64,000 nt of DNA, taken from an uncultured Gammaproteobacteria bacterium. GTDB lineage: Bacteria; Patescibacteriota; Patescibacteriia; CAZSQN01. How positions within the stretch are numbered: the stretch's first letter is position 1; every line of letters begins with the position of its first letter. The stretch is taken from assembly GCA_964609095.1 (NCBI GenBank), contig CAZSQN010000002.1, positions 152,066-216,065 on the forward strand, written 5' to 3'. The position numbers and the translations under genes were made by a program. Of the stretch, positions 49,378-58,427 are shown piece after piece. The notes beneath the pieces are model-generated. The model did not search any database and was not told the origin of the DNA. It saw nothing but the letters and a program-made list of their open reading frames with translations.

Positions 49378-50762
49378 ACGGGGCATATAAAAGCATTATG
49401 AATGGCTTTTACCGCCGCCTCCGCGTCGCTTGCGGCCACGGCAAAAGATATGTTCAGTTCCGATGAACCTTGGGCAATGGCCAAGATGTTTACTCCGGCA
49501 CCGGCCGCCGCGGAAAACGTTTTGCCGGCAATGCCCGGCGTGCCAGCCATACCCGCGCCAACTACCGACACGATGGACACGTTTTCATCCAAAATCGCTC
49601 CTTCAACCGATTTCATTTTTATTTCATTGGCAAAAGCGCGCTCCAAGGCGGCTTTAAGGCGCAGCCCGTCGGCGCGGTCAACAATCATGCAAATGCTCTG
49701 CTCCGACGACGCTTGAGTAATCATAATGATATTAGCCCGCTCGCGGGAAGCAACTTCAAAAACGGCTGCCGCAAAGCCGACGCGGCCGCGAAGCCCCAAA
49801 CCGGAAACGGTTATCAAAGATACTTTTGAAATGGCCGTGACTACTTTCACGCCTTTTCCGTTGCCGTAAGCGTTTTTGCTGATTCTCGTGCCCGATGAAT
49901 TGGGGCGAAAAGTATTTTTAATGATAATGGGAATGCCCGCGCCAAAGGCCGGAAGCATTGTTTTGGGATGGATTACTTTCGCGCCAAAATAACTCATTTC
50001 AATCGCTTCGGCGTAACTTACTTCCGATAAAATCTTCGCGTTTGGCACAATCTTTGGGTCAGCGGAAAGAATCCCGTCAACATCGGTCCAAATCTGGATT
50101 TCTTCCGCTCCAAGCGCGGCTCCGAGGATGGCGGCGGTATAATCGCTTCCGCCGCGGCCAAGCGTGGTGGTGGCGCCGTCATGGCTTCTGGCGATAAAAC
50201 CGGTAACTACGGGTATGATATTAGCCCGAAGCAGCGGCAAAATAAGGGCTCGCAGCCGTTCGTTTGTTTTTGTAAAATCCACTTCTGCCGATGTGTACGA
50301 ATCATCAGTAATAATGCCGTCGCGCGAGTCAATAGCCGCGGCGGAAACGCCGACGGAAGATACATAAGCGGCAAGAATGGGGGCGGCCATCCGCTCGCCG
50401 CATGAAGCGATTAAATCCAGCGAACGCGCCGTTAGCTCGCGCAAAAGAATCAGTCCGGAGAGCACCTGCTTTAATTCCAAAAAAATCGCGTCCAGCTCCG
50501 CTATTACTTTTTCTCTTGCTTCAAAAGAAGCCGGGACGGCCTCATAATGCTTTTTCTTCAAAGCGTCAAAACGAGACGCTGCCTCGCCGGAGGAACCGGA
50601 GGCGGCCAAACGGGCAAGTTTCAAAAGCTCGTCAGTCGCTCCGCTCATGGCGGAAGTGACGACAATCGGATGTTTCTCCCGTTTGGCAAAAACAATATCT
50701 GCCGCCTGCCTCATGGCTTCCAATGTTCCAACCGAAGTGCCTCCAAATTTCATGACTATCAT
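49374..50762 (-). CDS. lysC: Aspartate kinase (ThrA N-terminal-like, two ACT domains)
   Basis: MKFGGTSV, TLGRGGSDY, WTDVDG, QASSE/QGSSE; start ATG 50762. Confidence 0.93.
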   Translation of the reverse strand: MIVMKFGGTSVGTLEAMRQAADIVFAKREKHPIVVTSAMSGATDELLKLARLAASGSSGEAASRFDALKKKHYEAVPASFEAREKVIAELDAIFLELKQVLSGLILLRELTARSLDLIASCGERMAAPILAAYVSSVGVSAAAIDSRDGIITDDSYTSAEVDFTKTNERLRALILPLLRANIIPVVTGFIARSHDGATTTLGRGGSDYTAAILGAALGAEEIQIWTDVDGILSADPKIVPNAKILSEVSYAEAIEMSYFGAKVIHPKTMLPAFGAGIPIIIKNTFRPNSSGTRISKNAYGNGKGVKVVTAISKVSLITVSGLGLRGRVGFAAAVFEVASRERANIIMITQASSEQSICMIVDRADGLRLKAALERAFANEIKMKSVEGAILDENVSIVSVVGAGMAGTPGIAGKTFSAAAGAGVNILAIAQGSSELNISFAVAASDAEAAVKAIHNAFICPV

Positions 50763-50797
50763 AAAACGAAGAACCAACGGCTATGAGGCCGTTGGTT
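50763..50797 (-). terminator. thr attenuator terminator hairpin
   Basis: Stem aaccaacggc/gccgttggtt then cttcgtttt; upstream GGTTGG can pair with CCAAC (antiterminator). Confidence 0.75.
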
Positions 50798-50824
50798 TTG
50801 TTTTTAATTCCAACCTGCCTCACT

Positions 50825-50872
50825 CTAAAGAGAGGTAGCTGTCGTGGTAGTGATTAAAACAAACATTTCCAT
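50825..50872 (-). CDS. thrL: thr operon leader peptide MEMFVLITTTTATSL
   Basis: Ile + 5 Thr codons clustered, followed by alternative hairpins, directly upstream of the thr genes. Confidence 0.8.
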   Translation of the reverse strand: MEMFVLITTTTATSL

Positions 50873-50878
50873 AAATTT

Positions 50879-50907
50879 ATGGTATCCCAACGGATAAAGA
50901 CAGTCAA
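50879..50907 (-). promoter_or_regulatory. Sigma70 promoter TTGACT-17-TACCAT for the thr operon
   Basis: -10 ends 6 nt before the leader ATG. Confidence 0.7.
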
Positions 50908-50959
50908 AAATAAAATGTGGATAATAAAAAAACCCCGCCAATCCAACGGGGTTTGCCAA

Positions 50960-51973
50960 TTACGGAGCAACAAGAGCATTCTTTAACTTTTGGAGCGCGC
51001 CTGCTTCAATTTGGCGAATGCGCTCGCGAGAAAGCGGCTCTGTACGCCCTTCCTGAACGGAAGCGACAAAACCGCGTTGTCCGATTTCCTGCAAAGTCAG
51101 CCCGCCATTAAACCTTAGCTCCAGCACGGCGCGTTCCCTGTCGCTAAGCACGCGTTCCATAGCCAATCGCAACCGGACAATATCTTCCTTTTTGCCGATT
51201 TCATCATCGGGAGATGATTCTTCCGGAGCAACGAGGAAATCAAGATACTCATCATTATGAGCGGGAGCAGAGTCGCTTTCCCTAACTTTACGGTTTAAAG
51301 ACATAACGGAAACTTGATTTTTCTGCGCATTTTCAATATCAGTTGGCTTGCAATCGGCCAGTTGGGCCAATTCAGCAACGGTCGGATTTCGCCCGTGTTT
51401 TGCGTAAAACCTATTAACAAGACGCCTGAGAGTTATCTGCCTCTCCACCATATGAATCGGCGTGCGCACCGTCGGACCCAAATCGTGCGAGGCCCGCGAA
51501 ATATAATGTCTGATCCACCAGGAGGCGTAGGTTGAAAAACGCAATTTTCTTTTTGGGTCAAAACGCAGTATGGCCTGAAAGAGCCCCTCAATGCCAAAAC
51601 CAACCTGGTCGGCCTTAGTTACGGCGCCGAAACTGCTAAAGCGATTGGCGATGGAGATGACCAGACGGATGTTCCTCACCACCATCGCGTCAAAAGCCCG
51701 GCGGGCTTTGCCGCTGAATTTACGAAGTAATTCGCGCTTATCAATCTCCTGCCAAAGTATGGGGCGGCTTGGAGAAATCCTTAGAATCCGGCGAATCTCG
51801 CGGTCAATAATTCCGGCATAGGCCAGCTCCTCATCCGGAGTCGGCACCGCGCGCGCCTGGATTTCTTTTAAGAAAGCCGGGCTTAAATCCGCTCCGAATC
51901 CGGCGTTGGCAAAACCGCTAAAATTATTGCGTCTTCCGGTTCTGGGCTTTTGCGCAAATTTCTTTTTTCCCAT
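50960..51973 (-). CDS. Alternative sigma70-family factor (RpoD/RpoS-like, no region 1.1)
   Basis: NIRLVISIA, RFDP..RFSTYASWWIR, TLQEIG, SRERIRQIEAGALQKL. Confidence 0.9.
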   Translation of the reverse strand: MGKKKFAQKPRTGRRNNFSGFANAGFGADLSPAFLKEIQARAVPTPDEELAYAGIIDREIRRILRISPSRPILWQEIDKRELLRKFSGKARRAFDAMVVRNIRLVISIANRFSSFGAVTKADQVGFGIEGLFQAILRFDPKRKLRFSTYASWWIRHYISRASHDLGPTVRTPIHMVERQITLRRLVNRFYAKHGRNPTVAELAQLADCKPTDIENAQKNQVSVMSLNRKVRESDSAPAHNDEYLDFLVAPEESSPDDEIGKKEDIVRLRLAMERVLSDRERAVLELRFNGGLTLQEIGQRGFVASVQEGRTEPLSRERIRQIEAGALQKLKNALVAP

Positions 51974-52108
51974 TATTTGCTCCTCTCCTCTTGTAAAAGA
52001 CCTTCACGGCACCTTAACAAAAAAGGATATCGGCGTCAAGGCGCATCTCTTGCCGAAAAGCAAACTTTATGATAAAAAAATAACGGCCCTTTACAACGAG
52101 GTGAAAAA

Positions 52109-53152
52109 ATGGCGATGGAAACAAGCAATGATTCTCGGATAAAGATCGCGCTGGTTACGGGCGCTTGCGGATTTATGGGTCCGCATATGGTTGATATTCT
52201 CCGCGAACATGGCTGGTTCGTTATTGCCACCGACATTGTCGCCCCGACCGGCTACAAGCCGCCTTGGCACAAGTTCCATCTTGCCGATCTGGCTAACCAA
52301 GAAGAAGTTCTGGAACTTGCCAGTTTCATCAAAAAGCAGAGCGCGTTCCTTAATGCCGTCTTTGATGTCAAAGGATTATTTGATTATTCCAGTCCGATTG
52401 AAGCTCTGCGCCGGGCAAACGTGCGGGGGTCGCAAAACCTCTACGATATGCTCGCGGAATTTTTCCCAGGCACCAAAGTCGTGCTCTGGAGCGCGGCCGG
52501 AATCTATGGGGACTTTCCCCAAGTACCGGCGCGCGAAGACGCGCCGAAAAATCCAAAGGCCGCCTATCTTGTCTCCAAGCTGGAGCAGGAAGAAATGGCT
52601 TTTGCCGACTACAAGAACGACCTCTGCGTGAGCTCGCTTCGCCCGGCCGGAGTCTACGGACCCCGGGCTCGCTATGGCGTAGCCATGTCCATTATGCTCG
52701 CAAGTCGCGGCATGATGGGTCCGGTTTTCATGGGCTCGGGCAAAAACAGGGTGAGCATGGTGCACGGACGCGATGTCTGCAACGCGGCACTCTTCCTCGC
52801 CAACCAACCCTGGCCGGCTGTGCATTGCCAGCCATTCAACGTGGGCGACAACTCTGCTTATACGATTGAAGAGCTTTCGCGATTCATCGCCCGGGAAGTC
52901 GGTTTCCCCTTTGCTCCCTGGCTTCGCCTGCCCTTCTCTGTGATGGTCAAGACAACCCAGGGGCAAATGAAACAGGCGGAAAAGAAGAAATTAGTTTCCC
53001 TTCTGAACGAAGAAATGCTTGATCTCCTGAAGCTGGAAGCGTTCCTGGATCTCTCCAAAATCCGCGCTCTTGGCTGGACCCCGGAATTTCCGGATTCATT
53101 CCAAGGACTTCGCAAAACCATCCAAGCGTACCGTGAGGAGGGCTGGCTATGA
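52109..53152 (+). CDS. Extended SDR NAD-dependent epimerase/dehydratase
   Basis: TGACGFMG, YLVSK, LRPAGVYGP. Confidence 0.85.
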   Translation: MAMETSNDSRIKIALVTGACGFMGPHMVDILREHGWFVIATDIVAPTGYKPPWHKFHLADLANQEEVLELASFIKKQSAFLNAVFDVKGLFDYSSPIEALRRANVRGSQNLYDMLAEFFPGTKVVLWSAAGIYGDFPQVPAREDAPKNPKAAYLVSKLEQEEMAFADYKNDLCVSSLRPAGVYGPRARYGVAMSIMLASRGMMGPVFMGSGKNRVSMVHGRDVCNAALFLANQPWPAVHCQPFNVGDNSAYTIEELSRFIAREVGFPFAPWLRLPFSVMVKTTQGQMKQAEKKKLVSLLNEEMLDLLKLEAFLDLSKIRALGWTPEFPDSFQGLRKTIQAYREEGWL

Positions 53153-53655
53153 TTGCTCTAACGATTGCCTTTTTCTTTTTCGCTCTGCTTTGCGGGTTGG
53201 CTATGCGCCAAGAACCGCAAAAAGGCACGGTCTTGAACACGCTGGTCTTCGACCCTCTGATTCTGATTGTTTCCGGACTTGCCCTGGTTTTTGCGCTACT
53301 GCGGATTGCTCCGGCTAAAAATGGCCCCGCATTCAGAAAGAGACGGACGGTCATCAGAATCGTCTGCCTTGGCTTCATGGTCGCCTTCTGGACCGGCGCG
53401 GCCATGTACTATTTCGGAGTTTTGGAAAGTCCCTACCACACTCCGGGCAATGACTTTGCCTGGAACGGTTACCTGGATCTTCTGGGCCTCAAGGTCATGG
53501 ATACGGATACGCCCACCTATTACTCGTGGTGGAAGAACATCATCGCCCTGCTCCTTTTCGCAGTTCAGCCCGCTTTCTTTTGGCTTGGCTACCGCCTTGG
53601 TTTCACCATTGGCGGATTCCGGGACTTCTCGCTTTGGACTCGCCCGAAGAGATAA
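53149..53655 (+). CDS. Hypothetical membrane protein
   Basis: About 4 TM segments; ATGA-coupled to the SDR gene. Confidence 0.65.
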   Translation: MIALTIAFFFFALLCGLAMRQEPQKGTVLNTLVFDPLILIVSGLALVFALLRIAPAKNGPAFRKRRTVIRIVCLGFMVAFWTGAAMYYFGVLESPYHTPGNDFAWNGYLDLLGLKVMDTDTPTYYSWWKNIIALLLFAVQPAFFWLGYRLGFTIGGFRDFSLWTRPKR

Positions 53656-53745
53656 AAATGAAAACCCCTCCGATGGACATCGGAGGGGTATTTTGTTGGC
53701 GGGATTTATTCTTGGATGTAGCGCTCTCTCCAAGCGGACACATCT
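53612..53745 (+). repeat. 134-bp direct repeat, left copy
   Basis: Identical to 56084-56217; contains two convergent gene ends and a bidirectional terminator. Confidence 0.95.
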
Positions 53746-53783
53746 TGATATTATCGTTAAGTAATAGTACAATAGCATAAAAT

Positions 53784-54383
53784 ATGCAACAAATATTAAT
53801 CGCAACAAAAAACCCGCATAAACAGAAAAAACTATCAGAGATAGTAAACGATTTTTTTATTCCCGAAATAAAAAATAATTTACAAAGCATCGAGGAAAGG
53901 GGTGATAATTTTTTAGAAATTGCGGAGAACAAGGCCATGGAATATTCCAAAATATATAATTGTTTAGCAATAGCAACGGATGGCGGAGCGGTAATACCCG
54001 CGCTCAAAGGCAAATGGGATCCAATAAAAACAAGAAGATTTGCGGAAACTGACAGAAAAAGGATAGAACAGCTTTTAAGAATGATGGGGGGAGTAAAAAA
54101 TAGAACGGAAGAATGGTATGAAGCAATGGCGGTAGCAGATAAAGGAAAGATGATATTTTCTGCGAAAGCGAGAGCGATGGACAGCGTAATCGACAAAACA
54201 TTTAACCCAAAATTTTATCAGGAAGGCATTTGGCTGTGTTCTATAACTTCTTTTCCTCAATTTGGCGGCAGAAATTTTTTTGAATTAACCGACAAAGAAA
54301 AAACGGCGACGGAAGATTCGTGGAATAAATTAAAAAAATCATTCGCAGAATTCATGCAAAAAAAAACACCGTCCAATAGATGA
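53784..54383 (+). CDS. Divergent Ham1/ITPase (non-canonical purine NTP pyrophosphatase)-fold protein
   Basis: IATKNPHK, E.G..F.E.AENKA, ATDGG, PAL; specificity motifs FGYDP and SHR not conserved. Confidence 0.75.
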   Translation: MQQILIATKNPHKQKKLSEIVNDFFIPEIKNNLQSIEERGDNFLEIAENKAMEYSKIYNCLAIATDGGAVIPALKGKWDPIKTRRFAETDRKRIEQLLRMMGGVKNRTEEWYEAMAVADKGKMIFSAKARAMDSVIDKTFNPKFYQEGIWLCSITSFPQFGGRNFFELTDKEKTATEDSWNKLKKSFAEFMQKKTPSNR

Positions 54384-54393
54384 TGCTTTTGCA

Positions 54394-55929
54394 CTAATCT
54401 TTAAAATAAATTACGCCATCCTTCAGTTCCGGCAAAGGTTCAAGCGTGCTTTTTCTGATTATAACATCAAAAACATCCATAGCCGGCAACAGTTCAAATG
54501 TTGGATGCGTGCTTTTGACCTCGCCGCTATATCCGGATTTTTCCAAACTTCTTTTTGTCGTGGCTTGCCAAACCACGCGATTGTCTATTTTAATCGGCGT
54601 AAAGTAATGTCGCAATTCTTTAAGACAAAGAACTTTATCCAATCCTCCAGCTATCGTAGTGGCTTTGGTTTTTGAATAAGTCGGCATCGTCCGCGTAAAA
54701 AGCGCTTCCATGCCCTTCTGTCTGTAATATCTCCTGACCAATGCGTCCATCATCGAAACAGAATTTAGCGGCGAACCAGGGAGATTATACATCCGCGTCA
54801 GTTCAACGGCTTTGTCGGGGTTTATTCCATGAGCCAACAATGCTTTTCTTTTATATATTCTGGCAAGTTTGCCGAATTCAGCGGTTTCTATGGCCCAAGG
54901 ATATTTATCGCCCTTAAAATAAAAAGCAAAAATATCGCCGGAATCCCTGCCCTGATGAATATAGTGCAATGTCTCAGTGAAAAGCTTGATGGTTTTATCA
55001 GATGTATCAGCGACTTTGAATTCAACCTCAAATTTTCTGCCATCGCCCACAGCATATAACTGCCCTTTTTCTCTTACGAGTTTTAACCTGTATGCGACAT
55101 TCAGGTCCGGATAAAATTTTTTCAACCCGCGAAAAAGATATGATAACTCATCATGGGACATTGCTCTTAGTAATCTGTCTCGAACTATGGCGTACTGATC
55201 TTCCACTGCGCTGACGATGTCTGACGAGGTTATCTTACCAGGACTAATAGTTGTAAGGTAAAATAATGCCTGATGCTCCAAATCTTGGGAGTCAAAAGGA
55301 ATATCAGACGATATCATTTTCTTATCCACTAAATCAGCGACTTCGGCTCGCAACTTATTTATCAGCCAATGTGAGTGCCAAAGAGCATCAGTATCAATTT
55401 TTACTACCCGCAGATTTAGTCGCCGTTGCTCATCAAGCAAAGACGTTTTATTTTGGACATTATTGATTATGTTGATTAGAACCTCAACCGATTTCTCTAA
55501 TGATGAATCCTTGATGAGGATGAATGGCGCCGATAGTCGCCTAGCCAGATCAATCGCGCGTCTTTTAGATTTCAACTGCTCGTCCATCACAACGCTCTCA
55601 TCTAAGCATCTTTGGCGATTCTTATCCTGCCTGCGTCTTTTTATTATTTCTTCCGCCGATTCTTCCAAAAAACATATTGCCACGGTATCTTCTTCTTTGT
55701 AGATATCAAACAAGTCATTTGTGCCGATCTCTAAATGCTCGTCAATGAGCACCAATTTATCATTTAATGGCGTCAAATCTTCCGACCATTTTATATTTGC
55801 TTCATCTCCATATTGATCAAGATATTGGCCAAAACTCATGTGCCTAATTTCAGGCATCAGGGAAATGACCTTTTCGATCAAGGTTGTTTTTCCTATACCA
55901 GAAATGCCCACTATTTTGATCGTTTGCAC
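54394..55929 (-). CDS. P-loop nucleotide-kinase domain fused to a putative Mom-like GNAT domain
   Basis: GISGIGKTT, DEH, IIKRRRQDKNRQR lid (adenylate-kinase-like); C-terminal LHYIH...ELTRMY...PLNSVS; GTG start with AAGGAG. Confidence 0.6.
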   Translation of the reverse strand: MQTIKIVGISGIGKTTLIEKVISLMPEIRHMSFGQYLDQYGDEANIKWSEDLTPLNDKLVLIDEHLEIGTNDLFDIYKEEDTVAICFLEESAEEIIKRRRQDKNRQRCLDESVVMDEQLKSKRRAIDLARRLSAPFILIKDSSLEKSVEVLINIINNVQNKTSLLDEQRRLNLRVVKIDTDALWHSHWLINKLRAEVADLVDKKMISSDIPFDSQDLEHQALFYLTTISPGKITSSDIVSAVEDQYAIVRDRLLRAMSHDELSYLFRGLKKFYPDLNVAYRLKLVREKGQLYAVGDGRKFEVEFKVADTSDKTIKLFTETLHYIHQGRDSGDIFAFYFKGDKYPWAIETAEFGKLARIYKRKALLAHGINPDKAVELTRMYNLPGSPLNSVSMMDALVRRYYRQKGMEALFTRTMPTYSKTKATTIAGGLDKVLCLKELRHYFTPIKIDNRVVWQATTKRSLEKSGYSGEVKSTHPTFELLPAMDVFDVIIRKSTLEPLPELKDGVIYFKD

Positions 55930-56083
55930 GATGTTTCTCCTTTGTTATGTTTTTAACGAACTGCTTCTGCTCTCGATTTATCATGATTTCACCTTGCTGT
56001 CAATATTTCTAAATGTTTCCACATATTGCGCCGGAGATATTTTAGTTCAAAGAAGTACGCATGACGAATAAAATGCAGTTTTA

Positions 56084-56217
56084 GCGGATTCCGGGACTTC
56101 TCGCTTTGGACTCGCCCGAAGAGATAAAAATGAAAACCCCTCCGATGGACATCGGAGGGGTATTTTGTTGGCGGGATTTATTCTTGGATGTAGCGCTCTC
56201 TCCAAGCGGACACATCT
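56084..56217 (+). repeat. 134-bp direct repeat, right copy
   Basis: Identical to 53612-53745. Confidence 0.95.
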
Positions 56218-57275
56218 GCGTCTGAAACGCAGGTTCGCCTGGTAAGCGACGGGTTCATTACCGCCTCGCCGCAAAAGAACGGAACATGGTCAACGCCCTG
56301 AGTGTGGGCGAGTTCGTGGCTGGCTACGGCAGTCATCCACTCCTCGGCTGCCGCGGGCTCCTCCGGCATGCAGTCAAGATTAAACTCAACCGCATAACGG
56401 CCGTCCAAACCGTCATAATCGCGGTAAGTAAAGCCCGCGACGCCGCAGCGTTCGGACTTGTACTCGCGCACGACCACTTCGGCGTCTTCACGCGAGCTGG
56501 CGCGAACGCAAGAAGCATGCACCGGCGTCCACCACGAGCAGCCAGAAAGCACCTGCTCGCTCCATGCTAGAAGCTCCGGCTCAAACCAGACGCTGATGGC
56601 AATGGTTTCTCCGCCAGTTTCGGAAGCGCAGCTCATCGGCTCTTCGTCAGGTGGCGCGGGCTCTGGCGGAGGCGCAACATCGTCGCCGCAGTCCAGAACC
56701 GCCTCGCCCGAATCCAGCAGAGACGAAGTGTGGTAGCGCTCGGTAAAAGCCAAGCGGTCACCCTCGCTAATGGCGGAAAGCAGCGTGAACGGCTGATGTC
56801 GCTCAATCGCCGGGTTCATCACCGCGTTGCCGCAGAAGGCAGGCACATCGGAAATTCCGAACAAGTGTCCGATCTCATGAGCAACCAAGTGAGTGAACCA
56901 CGGCCTGATATCCGACGGAAGGCAAGGATAGGCGGAGTTAATCCAAACGCCTCTTTTCCTGTCGTGGTAATCGCCAAGCGCGCCGACAAAGCCGTCTTCG
57001 CGGCAATCCCAATCAGAGTAGAAGTCAACGTAAATGTCCGCTTCCTCCACCGTTTCCGCAAGAGAGCAAGAAACACCCACCGTCTCCCACATCTTGCAGC
57101 CCGCGAGAGCTGCCTCGTTCGAGGCCTCCTGCCCGCCCCAAGGCGGGTCAAAAACGGCAATGGCAAGCTGAACGGTCTCGTTCAGCGGTTCGGACTTGCC
57201 GCAAACAGGCGGCAGCGGCTCGCGCCAAACACAGCCAAAACAAGCAAAACCCAGAGCAAAAATCGCGTTTTTCAT
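56178..57275 (-). CDS. Lipoprotein with two tandem matrixin-like zinc metallopeptidase domains
   Basis: HEIGHLFGISD and HELAHTQGVDH, each followed by a VP.FCG.AVMNP Met-turn; Pro-rich linker. Confidence 0.8.
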   Translation of the reverse strand: MKNAIFALGFACFGCVWREPLPPVCGKSEPLNETVQLAIAVFDPPWGGQEASNEAALAGCKMWETVGVSCSLAETVEEADIYVDFYSDWDCREDGFVGALGDYHDRKRGVWINSAYPCLPSDIRPWFTHLVAHEIGHLFGISDVPAFCGNAVMNPAIERHQPFTLLSAISEGDRLAFTERYHTSSLLDSGEAVLDCGDDVAPPPEPAPPDEEPMSCASETGGETIAISVWFEPELLAWSEQVLSGCSWWTPVHASCVRASSREDAEVVVREYKSERCGVAGFTYRDYDGLDGRYAVEFNLDCMPEEPAAAEEWMTAVASHELAHTQGVDHVPFFCGEAVMNPSLTRRTCVSDADVSAWRERYIQE

Positions 57276-57382
57276 CTCTTTTTCCTTTCTTTTGTTTTCA
57301 AAGACCTAACAAAATAGCATAACACAAAACACCTATTTTGTCAATACAAAATCCCCTTTCGGAGTTAACAGAAAGGGGATAT

Positions 57383-57946
57383 TTAATCAGTACACGGTTC
57401 CGCGCACCAAGGTATCAGAAACGGCGATTTGGCTTCCAGCACGCTTCTTGCCCGATCGCGCGCGATCCAGCCCCTTATGTCTTCCTGCCGCAAACATTGA
57501 TGCGCGCGGCGCATAATCGGGCTCATTACCGAATCGGTGTCTTGGTCCGTATGGCGCACTCCCAGCTGGTGTCCAATCTCGTGAGCGGTGATGTTTATAA
57601 GCTTCATGTCGTCTTTAGAAAGACACTCGGTAAAAATATCTATTCTCCCGCCCCTGTAGGCATGGCCGAGAAGGGAGCTCCCGTTAGCGCGCCGGCAAGA
57701 CGGCGTTCTATTGGCGCAGACGCTCACATCCCGGCAAAATTCATCAGCGGCCAGCACGCAATTTACTCCGACAACCCTCCAAAAATTACAGCCGATAAGC
57801 AACGTTTCCGGCGCCAAATCGCTGTCAGGATAAACATACAGTTTAAGCGTCCACCTTTGGCGGATTTTGTAACGGCCGCATTCCGCATCTTCGCCGCGGC
57901 AGGCCGAAAATAAAAAAAGAACGGCAAATAACATTTTCCTTTTCAC
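57383..57946 (-). CDS. Lipoprotein matrixin-like metallopeptidase
   Basis: Lipobox FSAC, LGHA, HEIGHQLGVRH, SVMSP. Confidence 0.8.
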   Translation of the reverse strand: MKRKMLFAVLFLFSACRGEDAECGRYKIRQRWTLKLYVYPDSDLAPETLLIGCNFWRVVGVNCVLAADEFCRDVSVCANRTPSCRRANGSSLLGHAYRGGRIDIFTECLSKDDMKLINITAHEIGHQLGVRHTDQDTDSVMSPIMRRAHQCLRQEDIRGWIARDRARSVLEAKSPFLIPWCAEPCTD

Positions 57947-57976
57947 CTTTCTCTCCTTTTTTACTTACAAAAAACT

Positions 57977-58420
57977 TTATTCCTCTTTATCTTGATTTAA
58001 TCTCGCGGCAAGGCGAAACTCCAGTTTCCTCAAACCCCACAAAATCAAAAGCGTTAAAATAACGCTGGCTATGGCAATGGAATAAAGGCGCAGACCCACG
58101 GCCGCTCCGATGGCGGCCGTAATCCATAGGCCGGCGGCGGTGGTCAGCCCGCGCACCTTGCCGCCCTGGACAATAATCAAGCCGGCGCCAATAAAACCAA
58201 CGCCGACAACAATCTGCGAGAGCACGCGCGAAGGGTCAAAATAAGGAGAAGTAGAAAACGCCTCCGACAGAACGGAAAAAAGGCAAGCCCCCAAGGCCAC
58301 TAGGGCGTAAGTGCGCAGCCCGGCTGATTTGCCGGTCCATTCGCGTTCAAAACCGATAATACCGCCGAGCAGAGCGGCGATAACAAGCTGTCCTATGATT
58401 TGGTAATCGGGAAAAAACAT
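57977..58420 (-). CDS. MgtC/SapB family protein
   Basis: IGFERE, AGLRT, DPSR, GVGFIGAG, GLTTAAGLW. Confidence 0.93.
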   Translation of the reverse strand: MFFPDYQIIGQLVIAALLGGIIGFEREWTGKSAGLRTYALVALGACLFSVLSEAFSTSPYFDPSRVLSQIVVGVGFIGAGLIIVQGGKVRGLTTAAGLWITAAIGAAVGLRLYSIAIASVILTLLILWGLRKLEFRLAARLNQDKEE

Positions 58421-58427
58421 ATTTTTA

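Larger units (their letters stand above)
53746..56083. mobile_element. 2.3-kb inserted island between direct repeats, no integrase
   Basis: Bounded by exact 134-bp repeats; visibly more AT-rich than the flanks; two convergent genes. Confidence 0.75.

Noticed and set aside
53612-56217. 134-bp repeat pair as DGR template/variable repeats or prophage att sites
   Set aside because: Copies are identical (no adenine-specific mismatches); no reverse transcriptase, integrase or phage genes
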